A stretch of 64,000 nucleotides of DNA, taken from Yuukianura sp. NJ FZ-2021 (Eukaryota). The notes under the pieces are model-generated. The model saw only the letters and a list, made by a program, of their open reading frames with translations. It had not been told where the DNA came from and did not search any database. Both the position numbers and the translations under genes were made by a program. Below are positions 16,659 through 27,711 of the stretch, in pieces (within the stretch, counting starts at the first letter, position 1; every line of letters starts with the position of its first letter). Location: NCBI GenBank assembly GCA_046563655.1, contig CM102284.1:8618001-8682000 (forward strand), read 5' to 3'.

Positions 16659-19600
16659 ACTTGTACAATTCTAATTTATTACGACTGAAAATAAAGAGAA
16701 AGGTTCCTTTTACTTAGCCTGTCACTCACTCTTTGTTTTCACAACCAAAAAAGAGTGACAGCCCAAATCCAATTCTATTTCCACATTTTGTGTCTCTGCC
16801 TGTCAGCTCCAGCATCTTCAAAAGAGAGACTTTGACATGGAACATGAAAGGAGGAGAGTGGAGGGGCCTCACTTTGGCACTCCACCGGGGCTTAGCGAAT
16901 GCGGAATGTGAATAGTCAGGTGAATGGTTTGGCAAAAGACCAACTCTACACTTTGCCAAACAACCACAATTTCCACTCAGATCAAATCAACATCCACATT
17001 CCACTCTCTCAATTTACTTTTTAATCACCTCCTTCACCTTCCTCCGATGGATTTGTGGACGGAATGAAAAAGAAATTTAGTTGTGCCTGGATTTCTCCAC
17101 GGGAGGGATTATTTTCCTCCTCCACAAAACTATTATTTTTGTGGATGGCAGAAAAGAAGATGAGGAGAAAGTAAGTTGCGCAGTGCGTTTGGATCGATAA
17201 GTTTCTGGGAGCAGAGAGTGGTTTGACTGGATCTGACTTTGAACAAGAGTAAATTGTTTGGCGGTGATTGTTGGACACACCTTGTTCCAAACTATGTATT
17301 TCTTTTGGATGTGATGTAAATGTTGGGGAGAGGTGGTTGACATCATCGGGGGAAAGTGAGTCTGTGTCTGACAACTGCCACGCCCCTCCAATCCCATTCC
17401 TCATCACACTTCAGATGCAGTGCAAGAGGGAAAAGTGGCGAATTGGGAAGAGAGGAATGTGTTGACTCGGGAGATGGATCATCAATTGTGAATTGATGCT
17501 CCATTCCCAATCCAGGACCAAGGGCAGGGGGTACTTGAAGGGAGGCAGCTGAAGGGAATTTGAGCATGATGACAGCGGGGGGCTACCTCAGCTGGAGACT
17601 TCCCAAACCAACTTACATAACTCTTGGCTCTAAATACCATTCCAAAGGAAGAGTATAAAGATGGTTGCCATGGGAACTGACCAAGTACCCTTCAAGTCCC
17701 TTGGCCCAAGTTCTTTGGCCTTGGAACCATAAAAGATGATACCAACTACTGTGCTGTTGCGAATCTGTTGAATGAATGCAAGTCCAGGGGGCAACCCCCC
17801 GTGAGAGGCACAAAGGAGAGCCACGCTGGGATAATGGCTTAGCCACCCGAGGGGGGTCCACTGGCCCACCACAAATACCCACGACACTCCCCGAACACAG
17901 CCACTCAGTCACCACAAGTCACACAGAACACATCTCTCTCCTCAGGTCAAGTCCAGGTCAAACCAAGGGCCCACTGTCCCTTCCCCCAGTGAAAGTGAAA
18001 CTGCACAAGAGGCGTCGAGCAGTCTGGGCAGGAGTTCATGGACGAAGTGGATATCGCATATCGGACAGAGGAGACTTAAGGGTACGTGAAAGGTGTAATT
18101 TATGTGTTTAGGATGAGATAATTAAGGACTGAGCTCATTGGCTGGGCGGGAGAGGGTGTGGTTGTGCTTAATTCCACTTAAGGGACCTTTGTCTTTAAGG
18201 GCTCTCTCCCGCCCTTCTCCCTCCGCCTACTTCCGTCCTCTGCCCAAATATTGACACGATCTCAACAGGGCCCTTGATCCACAATAGACTGCGTTCCATT
18301 CACTGCTCCACATTCACGCAACAATCAACAATGACTAGGTCAAACTCATTCACACTAAATCCCTCCAAGAGCCCTTAAAGTACCCTCCTTTCAAAATCCA
18401 AAGTTAAGGAGACATGTTCATTCCGAGTGTGTGACAATGTGAGTTGGAGAGATGCTGTTGACCTTGAGTGGGGCAGAGGTGAGGGTGGCTTCCCGTGGCT
18501 TCGGAGATTGGATTCAGGTGGGAATTGTTATTAATAGAGTCTGGACTCTCCTTCGGATTAGAAATGCATGGAAGTCAATGGGGGTCCCACCGGATCAAAA
18601 GTCTCGTCTGCTTCCTGCTGCGCAGAAACAATTCCCCACATCCAATCAACAAAGACTCAGCCAGCCCCCCTCCCCCCTCCAGATCCCCGGATAAGGGCCC
18701 TCTCCATCACTCCAAGTGACCAAGTGACCTTGGAACTATAGTCAATGTCCCTTAAGTCACTCTTCCCTTGGGTCACAACAGTTACCCGGCTGAACCAGTT
18801 GATTGGCACCTCTTCTTCCTCATTAAACCCGCATTTTCTGCCTCCTTTCCTTTAATTAAGGACACAAAGGGACCGTGAGCCCTTTGATCAACTTTACAAT
18901 CAAGAGCCAACAAAAGCATTCCAAAGCATGAAGGCTTTAGGAAAAGGTACGCACCATGCAGGGTGAAATCTAATTAACAACAACAATACACCCAGCCAAA
19001 TCATCTCCAACAACCATATACTAACATTCGTAAAATGAAAAACAACATTCCAACTTTTCAAAATTGAGACGATTCCAAGTTTCAGATTCCAAAATTCAAA
19101 GATTGAGATGAATCAAAGTTGAGAAGATTCAAAATTTAAAGATTCAAATTTTAGCAAAGTTAAGTTGGTGAGATTTGAGAGTGAGAATGTGTGGAGAAAG
19201 TTGGAGAAAGTGTATTGATTTGTTGGGTTTTCGCCTCGCCCATTCGGGTTCTTAAGGGAGTGGCGTTGGAGTGAGATGGTTGCTATGCGTGCGTCTCCAT
19301 GGGAACGACTCTTCTTGAGATGGTTTGATATTTGGGTTATGAGAGAGTGAATGGTTTGGTCACAGCGGGAGACTCTGCCTGGATTGAATATGGAATAGAG
19401 TAATTTATACGTTCAGAACTTATTCATTACTCTTCCATCCCCCACTCTGACATCCCATTTTCCATTTCCTCACAACAATGGAGAGCCCATGAGTTATGAT
19501 GGTCCAGGACAAGAAGTGAAGTCATGCCTCGTTGACTCCAGCCACCACTCTCCAGGAAGTGGACCAACTCCCATTCTTCCCCGTGCCAAACACTTTCCAG

Positions 19601-20396
19601 GAGGAAATGCTCAATTGAGCATTAGCGCCCCACCAACAACAAACTTTCTCTCCTCTTAAAGGCTTTCTCCTCTGCCAAACAAGAGGAATGGGCTGGGGGG
19701 ATGAATGGAGGCTGCATAATGCGGGGATAAATGGGGGGCTTTGTTTGGCACCCGATCAACTCCTGCCATCCTTCATCATTAAACCAAACACATTCACAGC
19801 ATTCTGCAATCACACTCTCTACTTCCACTGCAACACTCAAACCATCCCCCAACAAAACATCATTCTCACTTTCATCACAAAGTGACAGAGGAAACGAAGT
19901 TTTTCAATAAAAATTTAGAGTGAAAGTGAAAGTAAAGTAGAAAAGATAAAATTAAATTTTGAATGTTTTGATTAAACGTCGTTTCCAAAATTGGATTAAG
20001 AAAAAGTGAAAACGTGTTTTGGGCCCCCCATTTTCCCTTTAGTGGCGTCTAGATTTAACATCATTTTGTGCTTTCCCCAGAGCCCACTCTGTGTTCAATT
20101 GAATTGTGTTTGTGTCCAAATGTACTGTTTGTGTGGGAAAACGTATGGAGGGGGAATTGTTAATTAAATCATCTCTACCAACTAAATCCCTCTTCATTCC
20201 GAATGTTGATCCGAGACAGACGGTTGTCCTCGCACTAACTCACAACGCTAATCCCCACCCTCCATTTATCTCCATTACTGAACCATCAAACACTTTCACT
20301 ACCCACCACCAACACAAACACACACAAATATTACAGGAAAGCAGAAAGGAGTTTTAATGCAGAGAGGAAAAGCAGTTTGAAAAGCGAGGTCAAAGG

Positions 20397-22425
20397 TCAG
20401 GGGTCCATTTCACTTCTTTTTCTTGCCACTCTTCTTCTTCTTCGACTTTCCACTCTTCTTTCCCTTACCTTTCTTGCCACCCGCCTTCTTCCCTTTCTTC
20501 TTCGGCTTCTTCTTGTACAAGTTGTGCTTCAACTACAAAAATCAAACAATCAATTCATACTCAAAATTTACAAAATTCAGTTTTTTAGTTTTTTTTTCTT
20601 CAAATTGTGTTTACCATGTATGCTCGCCACCATCGCTGAATTTTGCGAGCAGAGTAGTAGAGACGGAGGTATTCGATTCGTTCCAGTCGCTGCCTCTCTT
20701 TCTCCTCTTCCCATGGCCCCATCTCAACTCGTCTCGACTCAATCTTACAAAAATTTAAATTCATTTTCACTTTTTAGTTATGATTGAATTTGGAATTTGG
20801 AGTTACATTTTGTTCCAATCCTTGGATCGTTTCTGTTTGAATCTGCAACTCTTCCTGCTTCGCTCTGATTCTCCCTTCCATATCCGCCACATCTCTCTCC
20901 CGCTTCTCCTCCCAAGACTTAATCATGAACTTGATTTCATCACAGCGAAGGGCAGTCCATGCTTCCAAGTTTTTGTGCACGAGACGATCTCTTGTCATTT
21001 GAATCTCCACATCTTTGAGTCTTAGTTTGGCCACTTCGGCGTCATTGCGCAGAGTTTCGTAGTGGAATCGATTGTGAGCTTGGTGCCAGGCACGACTGTA
21101 GCGAGCCTCTGCCTTCCCCTTCATCTTCTCCGTGTGCAGTTGATCTCGCAACTCACGAATCATCTCCTTCCGATTCTGCTCATGTCGACTCATCTACAAA
21201 CAAAGAGTTTAATACTTCCTTCACAATTAGAGATTGATGAAAATTGAAAGTTTTACTTGTGCTTCGTATTCGTTGATGCGATGCTTCAGTTTCTTGACAG
21301 CCAGAAACGCCTTGTCCATTCTCTCCAGCAGAGTCACTTCCTCGTTCCTTCGATTGTCCTCTCTTCGAACATGGTTCTTGAGAGACTCAAAAGTCCGCTC
21401 TAAGCTCAATTCCTCCTTGGCATTCAGCACAATCTCTTGCAGAAACGCTCGGTCCTTTTGCAGCTTCTTAGCAAGTCGCTCCTCCCTTTAATTTAAAAAG
21501 TTAGAATTTGAGTGTCAAATAGTGAATTCCTGGTGGAATTAACTTAAAGTCATTGATTTTGAGGGATTTACGCTGTGCCGAGTTGACTTTCGTCCACGAT
21601 GAAGGGATCCTTGAAGTTCTTGAGGGAGGGGAGGTGGAAGAGCTCTCGTTCTTTCGTTTCCCGGGAGAACCTTTCGTCGTAAGACAAAAAATCAACTTCC
21701 TCCGAATGCATAAAGTGTCCAGGGAAGGCATGGCCCAAAACCTCCAGTTCCAACTCCAGCTCCTCCAAAATGGCCACCAAAGCCAGGGACTCGAACACTG
21801 TCACGTACGACTTTTGGCGAACTGGAAAGTAAAAACATTAATTGTTAATTGGAAAAGTGATGAATGGAGTTGTTGCATTACGGTAGAGGAGAGTTCTGGA
21901 GTTGTCGGGAGAGAAGAGGTTGTGACTGGCATCAGAGTGCGTCCTCCGCATGCTGTCCAGATCATCCCTAAATGCAGGAATGGGCGGAGATTAACATTGT
22001 TTTAAGCCTTGTCTCCCCTGTCCTTACCAAATGCTTGGAGTGGTTAAGGGGTGGGGGCCCTGGAAGTCCTCTTCCTCCCATTCCCCACTCTCCTCTCCTC
22101 CAAACTCCATCAGAACTCTGTCCAGGTTCTCATCCACCATGGACAGTCGGGGGAGGTCAAGGGGGTCGCCACTACTGCCACTTCTGTCCACGGGCAAAAC
22201 TACTTCTTCTTCTTCCTTTTCTTCTTCTTGGTCTTCATCTTCCAATTCTGGATTCCGGTCTGGAACTGGATGAGGATCTTTTGTGGAATCGGAAAGAGGA
22301 ATGTCGTGGGATGACCCCTCTTTCGTGTCCTTGGGCACTTGGCTTTTGTCGGATGTAGATTTTCCTTCCATTTCCTCGGCATCCTGCTCTTCGTTGTGAG
22401 TGGAAGGAGGTGATTCTGATTCCAT
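20397..22425 (-). CDS. IQCG: Dynein regulatory complex protein 9 / IQ motif-containing G
   Basis: Long coiled coil, IQ motif SARKIQRWWRAYM (~20617-20655), Lys/Gly-rich tail, acidic N-terminal extension; consistent exon phases where checked. Confidence 0.78.
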
Positions 22426-22612
22426 GTTGAGTTGCCTCACTCTTTCATATGACTAAAAAAGAAAGAATGAATTTAATTAGTTGATTAGTAGAACTATTCA
22501 AGTAAAGTATGAAGTGATGATTACTTTGTGTATGAAGTGATGATTACTTTGTAGGAGTTGTTGAGTTGTTTGTTGAAATTTAATTGATTATCGGTTGGCA
22601 AGGGTGTTGTTG

Positions 22613-22625
22613 GTTTCCGGGTAAC
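22613..22625. promoter_or_regulatory. RFX X-box-like motif upstream of DRC9/IQCG
   Basis: GTTTCC-G-GGTAAC about 190 bp upstream of the ATG of an axonemal gene. Confidence 0.5.
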
Positions 22626-23054
22626 TTTCTCCACAGTGAAAGTGGAGCGGCGTCTGGCGTGTGCAGAAGTGAGTGAATCGTACGCCATCTACTGTAAACT
22701 TGATAAATTTTTGGCCCCCGCAGCAGTATGCGAGTTGAAAATAATACTTTGGCAAGGGCCCCTCCTTCCCATGCCTCTCCGCTCCATACAAATCCACATC
22801 TTCTCCCTTGTTATTCCGTGTCATCGGTCTTCATCCAATTAATCTTCTTCAATTGTTATCCAGAACCTAGGTAAGTTAATCGATTAATTAGTTAAGCGCT
22901 AAGGTCAACATACCCCGTATTTCCCTTTATCCTAACTTCCCCTTACATTGACATTATTAGCGACTGCCGCTGTCACTTTGGAAGGAACAGAATGTAACGT
23001 TAACAATGTCAAGATCATTTGGAATTAAGTGTTGTGGATTTAATGCAGGTATAA

Positions 23055-23690
23055 ATGGCGGACACAGCAGTACCCACGAAGAAGAAGGCCCCGTCTGCTA
23101 AGCCGAAGGTGGCTAAGAAGGACAAAGCCCCACCAGAACCCACCCCCAAAGCCCCACTTGTGGCCAAACCAAGAGCCCTCTACAAACCAGGCAGACTCTA
23201 CGCCAAGTCCATCTTCACTGGCTACAAGCGAGGACTGAGGAATCAGCGGGAAAACACAGCTCTCCTCAAGGTCGAAGCCTGCAAAAACCAGGAGGAGGCT
23301 CGGTTCTACATCGGAAAACGATGTGCCTACGTATACCGAGTAAGTAGTCCCTCCATATAACCTTCAATTTACTTCAATGTATTCAAACAATTCATTTTCT
23401 TCAATTAAAAACTGATTTGTATGTTTAGGGGAAAGTAAAGCGGAGTATTCCTGGCCGAAGAGACAAGCCCAAAACTACAACCCGCGTCATCTGGGGAAAA
23501 GTGACTCGGACACACGGAACCTCCGGCTCAGTACGAGCCAAGTTCGCTCGTAACCTCCCTGGACAAGCAATGGGCCACCGTGTCAGAATTGTAAGACAAA
23601 GGAAAACATTGACACTGGAGAAGGGAACTTGCGAGGTCATTGAATCTGTTGTTTTGTTTGTTTCAGCTGATGTACCCATCCCGGATCTAA
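23055..23690 (+). CDS. RpL35A: 60S ribosomal protein L35a with Lys/Ala/Pro-rich N-terminal extension
   Basis: [63 protein letters not shown]; 5' UTR donor at ~22871. Confidence 0.97.
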
Positions 23691-23778
23691 CTCTACTTTT
23701 ACTATCTCCTCATTTTATGAAACAAATAAAAGAGTCTTTGTTCCGTACTTGAACCACTCACTTTTATAAGAGTCAATG

Positions 23779-25701
23779 TCAAGATACCGTTATGGGAGCA
23801 TGGATCCTCTTCTTCGCTCGTCCATGGATTTCATCTGCATGTTCAATGGCTTCTCCGGGAGAGTTTTTGTAGAGGAGGAAATGACCTTGGAGGGAGGCTG
23901 GACTCAGAGAGTGTTCAGCTCCGAGTTCTTGCAGTCGATTCACAAAGTTCTGTGCTTCAACTGGGTTTGACTCTGGGTAGAAGTTCATGAACAGAGTCAG
24001 TATTTGTTGAGCATTGCAGTAGGAGACAAGGGCTTGGACATCGATTCTTCCTGGGCGAATCAAGGCCGGATCCAGTCTGAAACGAACAGACTTTGTTAGA
24101 AATTTCAATGTATTTAGCAGAAATGTTTGTAGTAGTGGATACCTCTCTCTGTAGTTTGTAGTCATGAAGAGGATTCTGGCTTCGGATGAAGCCACACCAT
24201 CTAAGCAGTTGAGGAATCCACTCAAAGTCACTCGATTCAGTCCGTCATAAGCAGTTTTTACTGGAATTCAAAAAGAACCAAAAAATAGAATTAACTAACC
24301 TAATTAAATTAAAGAATACTCTTTGAAATACCTTGCTGTGAGTCTTCCCTGGAAACAAAAGCTGCGTCCACATCCTCCAACAGAATGAGTGATTGTTGTG
24401 GCGCTGCTTGGAGGAGATGGTTGAGTCGATCATCTGACAAACTTCGATCTGACAGATTGAGCACACAAATACCCATGTCAAGGTGTCCTGCCAAGGCAGT
24501 GATAAACGACGACTTTCCGCATCTAAACCAAAAATAAAAAATGTCACTCATTAAATGAAATTACAAAAAAAGTAAGTAAAAGTTGCACAACTTGAAATCC
24601 AGTTACCCTGGCGGACCATGAAGCAAGTACCCCCGACGGTAAGGAATTCCTAAAAAAACAAATGACTTTATGAAAGTCGGAATTGAAGTACTGCAAAAGT
24701 GAATTTCAGAATTGAGCAGATTTTCATAATTTTTGTAGAGTCGAGGATGGATTGACTGACCCCTGTCTGCATACCACTGTGGACTTTGTAGGAAATCTTG
24801 AATGTCTCCAACAATTCGATCACTCATTCCTGGAGCCAAAACGACAGATTTGAGTGGACGTTTGTTTTTGGCATGTCCGAATTGTCTCCACTCGGATCCA
24901 ACAGCAGCGTAAGTGATCGTCTTCCCTTCAAACTCTTTGATTGCCAACTGCCGAGCTAAAGTTTAAAAAACAAATGTGACTAACTTGTGATGAAAAGTTA
25001 CAAAAATGTGGGGGAGATACCGTCTTCCAGCATGTCGTAAAAGAGTTGTCTGCTTCTGCCGAGAGCTGTAAACTGAACAGTTTCCCAGGGAATTCCCATA
25101 TGCAGATCCAGCGTATGCTGCTCTCGTGTCCTCTCTACTCGAATCCAATTGTTCTTGTACCTAAAAACAAGAATGGCACTTTAGTATTTCATGTTAGCAT
25201 TCACAAAATCTTCGAAAAAAGATAATCACCACGAGCGCATTATTGGAAGTAAAGTATGAATGGAAATGAATTTATAAAAATGAGGTTGTTTTGATGATTA
25301 CATGAAGAAATGAGTTCCTGTGCTGGGAACAAATGAGAACTTGGTGAATATTTTGCCAGTCTCCTTCTGTTCGTAGGATGTTTCCACTGATAGGTGCTGT
25401 GTTTTCCTTGCTCCACGAGTCGTCAACCAGTTGAGAACCCACGAATAACTTTTGTCTCTGCATGGAATTTCCAGAGTCACCATGTAATGACGACGGAAGT
25501 AGATGAAACCCACCTGGAAATCAAATTACAATCAGTACTTCTTATTTTTATAATTTATAAACACACAAGATGTTAAACATGGAATTTTACCTGTGACACT
25601 TTCCGGAGCAAGGCTGCTCCAGCACCAACTCCAAACAAGCCAAATCCAGCTCCAAAATAAGGATTTTCACTAAGCCCACTCACTAAATCACTTAGACCCA
25701 T
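23779..25701 (-). CDS. BCS1L: Mitochondrial AAA chaperone BCS1
   Basis: [37 protein letters not shown] (Walker A), [15 protein letters not shown] (Walker B), [38 protein letters not shown]. Confidence 0.97.
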
Positions 25702-26203
25702 AACTTCTTTCACTTAAAAAGAATACTGTTTTGTCTTTAGAAGCGATAGTACTAAATCCAGGACGGGGAGGGGTGGAACTGGAGACGTATTGAACGTACA
25801 CTTCACGATTTTGGCACGATACAAGTTTAACTAAAGTGTTGAAGGTTTTCAAGCCAGAACGTTTTCCGAGCGTTAAAGTCCTTGACACGACCTCACGCGC
25901 ATCAAGCTTCTTATGTTTGTTCAACCCTTGTTGTCCAGTTCCTAATATGACAAACAACAATCGGTTTTGAGCTCATTTGTTATTTGTACCACTTTTACTG
26001 TGAAGAAAATAACGATTACCTGTCGGTTCCACACCCACGATCCACACACTATGAAGTTAGCAGCACTCTCCCAATCCATACGAACAATTAACCCAAAGCA
26101 ATTCTGCTATCGAAGCTAAATTACAAGTTAATTAATTAACTTAATCACATAATTACTCTAAAAACTTCATAAAAACTAACTTGATTATTTATTTGTTTAC
26201 ATT

Positions 26204-26545
26204 TTCAAAATGAGTTCCCGCACTGGGAAATGTGTTGTCTCAAGTCCAAATTCTGTTGGAGGCTAATTCTAGGAAAAGGCAGAAGCTGCAGATGAGGTTA
26301 TCCGACTATTAAATCCTACTGCTGCTGGAACTTGAGACAAAGTGCGGGAAATCATTTTGAAATTAAACTAAAATCAAAACAGAAAAAAACAACAATTTTA
26401 TTTTTCAAATTCAAGTCTACTTTTTAGGAATTTAACGTCAATCGATTAGCGATTTAGCTTTAACGATTGTTCCTTGTAATCACTCTTCACACCATGTCAT
26501 CAACCACGACCGCCGGCGACATTGACTTGAGCAGTAAGTTAGTTT
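26204..26545 (+). promoter_or_regulatory. Palindromic promoter core plus first exon, copy 1 (BCS1L/MTX2 bidirectional promoter)
   Basis: Inverted arms TTCAAAATGA-TTCCCGCACT...TGTCTCAAG and CTTGAGACAAAGTGCGGGAAATCATTTTGAA; homologous to 40509-40822. Confidence 0.8.
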
Positions 26546-27569
26546 TATTGTAATTCTGGCGGGTCTCATAAGCTAAGCTGATGATTGGGAAATAAGAGAA
26601 TTAAAAACCTTTAGTTAGTTATCAACTTTGCAGATGATAACAATTTATGATGTTATTAGTTAACTAAATACTAATTGGCTGTGTTAAAGTGTGGGATCTG
26701 CTTTTTATTACTCTTTCTGTGTGTTTTAGAGGCGGAAAAGGAGCCTTGGACAGCGGATACAAAGCTGATTGTTCCAGTGGAGCTAAATCAAGTACTGGTG
26801 GCTGAATCTGCAGCCATCTTGGGTGTCTACGCCTTCCTTCGAATGACACATCTTCCCTACACCGTTGTGCAACTGCCAAATGCAGTAGCAATCAGCCCAA
26901 CAGGTACAGCACACAGCAGTTCACAGAACTAGATCAACATCTCAACTACCTATCTTTTGTAAATTAAACTAAAAATTGTCATTTGTTGATTTAGGAAAAG
27001 TGCCAGTTCTGGTGTGTGGGCAGTTTGTAGAGTCAGAGTTGGAAGCAATTGCTCAACTGGCTGCCAGTAAAGGCGTGACTCTCTCCGCACATTTAAATGT
27101 GAGTCAGAAGGCGGATCTGCGAGCTTACATGTCGCTTGTGCACAGTGTTCTGGAGAAAGCGTTGCTCTACTTCACTTGGCTCGACGATTTCGTGTATCAC
27201 AATGTGACGAAACATCGCGTTGGAAGTCCTTACAATTTCCCACTCAAAGTGCTTGTGCCATGGGTGACACGAAGGAAAGCAACTGCTCAGTTGAAGGGAG
27301 TCAAGTGGGCGGAGATGAGCAGTGACCAAGTTTATCGTGAAGTGGAGACTTGTCTCCAGGCTCTCAGTGAACGACTGGGCGAAGAGGAGTTCTTCTTCGG
27401 CAGCACTCCAACAGAACTGGATGCCTTGACCTTTGGCTATCTCTTCACCATGATCACTACTCCCGTCAACCCACAGAACCGATTCGGAGAATTAGTCAAA
27501 CAGCAAGGGAATTTGGTTCGTTTCTGCCAAAGAGTGGAGAATCTCTACTTTTCATCCAAGCAAAACTGA
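26494..27569 (+). CDS. MTX2: Metaxin-2; exons 26494-26533, 26730-26902, 26995-27569
   Basis: MSSTTTAGDIDLSK-AEKEPW, ISPTGKVP, QKADLRAYMSLV, GSPYNFPL, CLQALSERLG, PTELDALTFGYLFT; phase-1 junction is in frame. Confidence 0.93.
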
Positions 27570-27711
27570 CAGCATTTAACGGAATGATACTCTAGCTCTG
27601 TTTAATTAGTCACTTAATCTAGTAAAATTATGTCACGACAGACTAACTTAAACATTTTAAAAATGTGCGGAATTGCTTAAACTTTAGGCAAACAAAGTGA
27701 ATAGTAAACCT

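Noticed and set aside
22507-22552. Short direct duplication gtatgaagtgatgattactttgt
   Set aside because: Simple local slippage in the DRC9 upstream region with no further structure.
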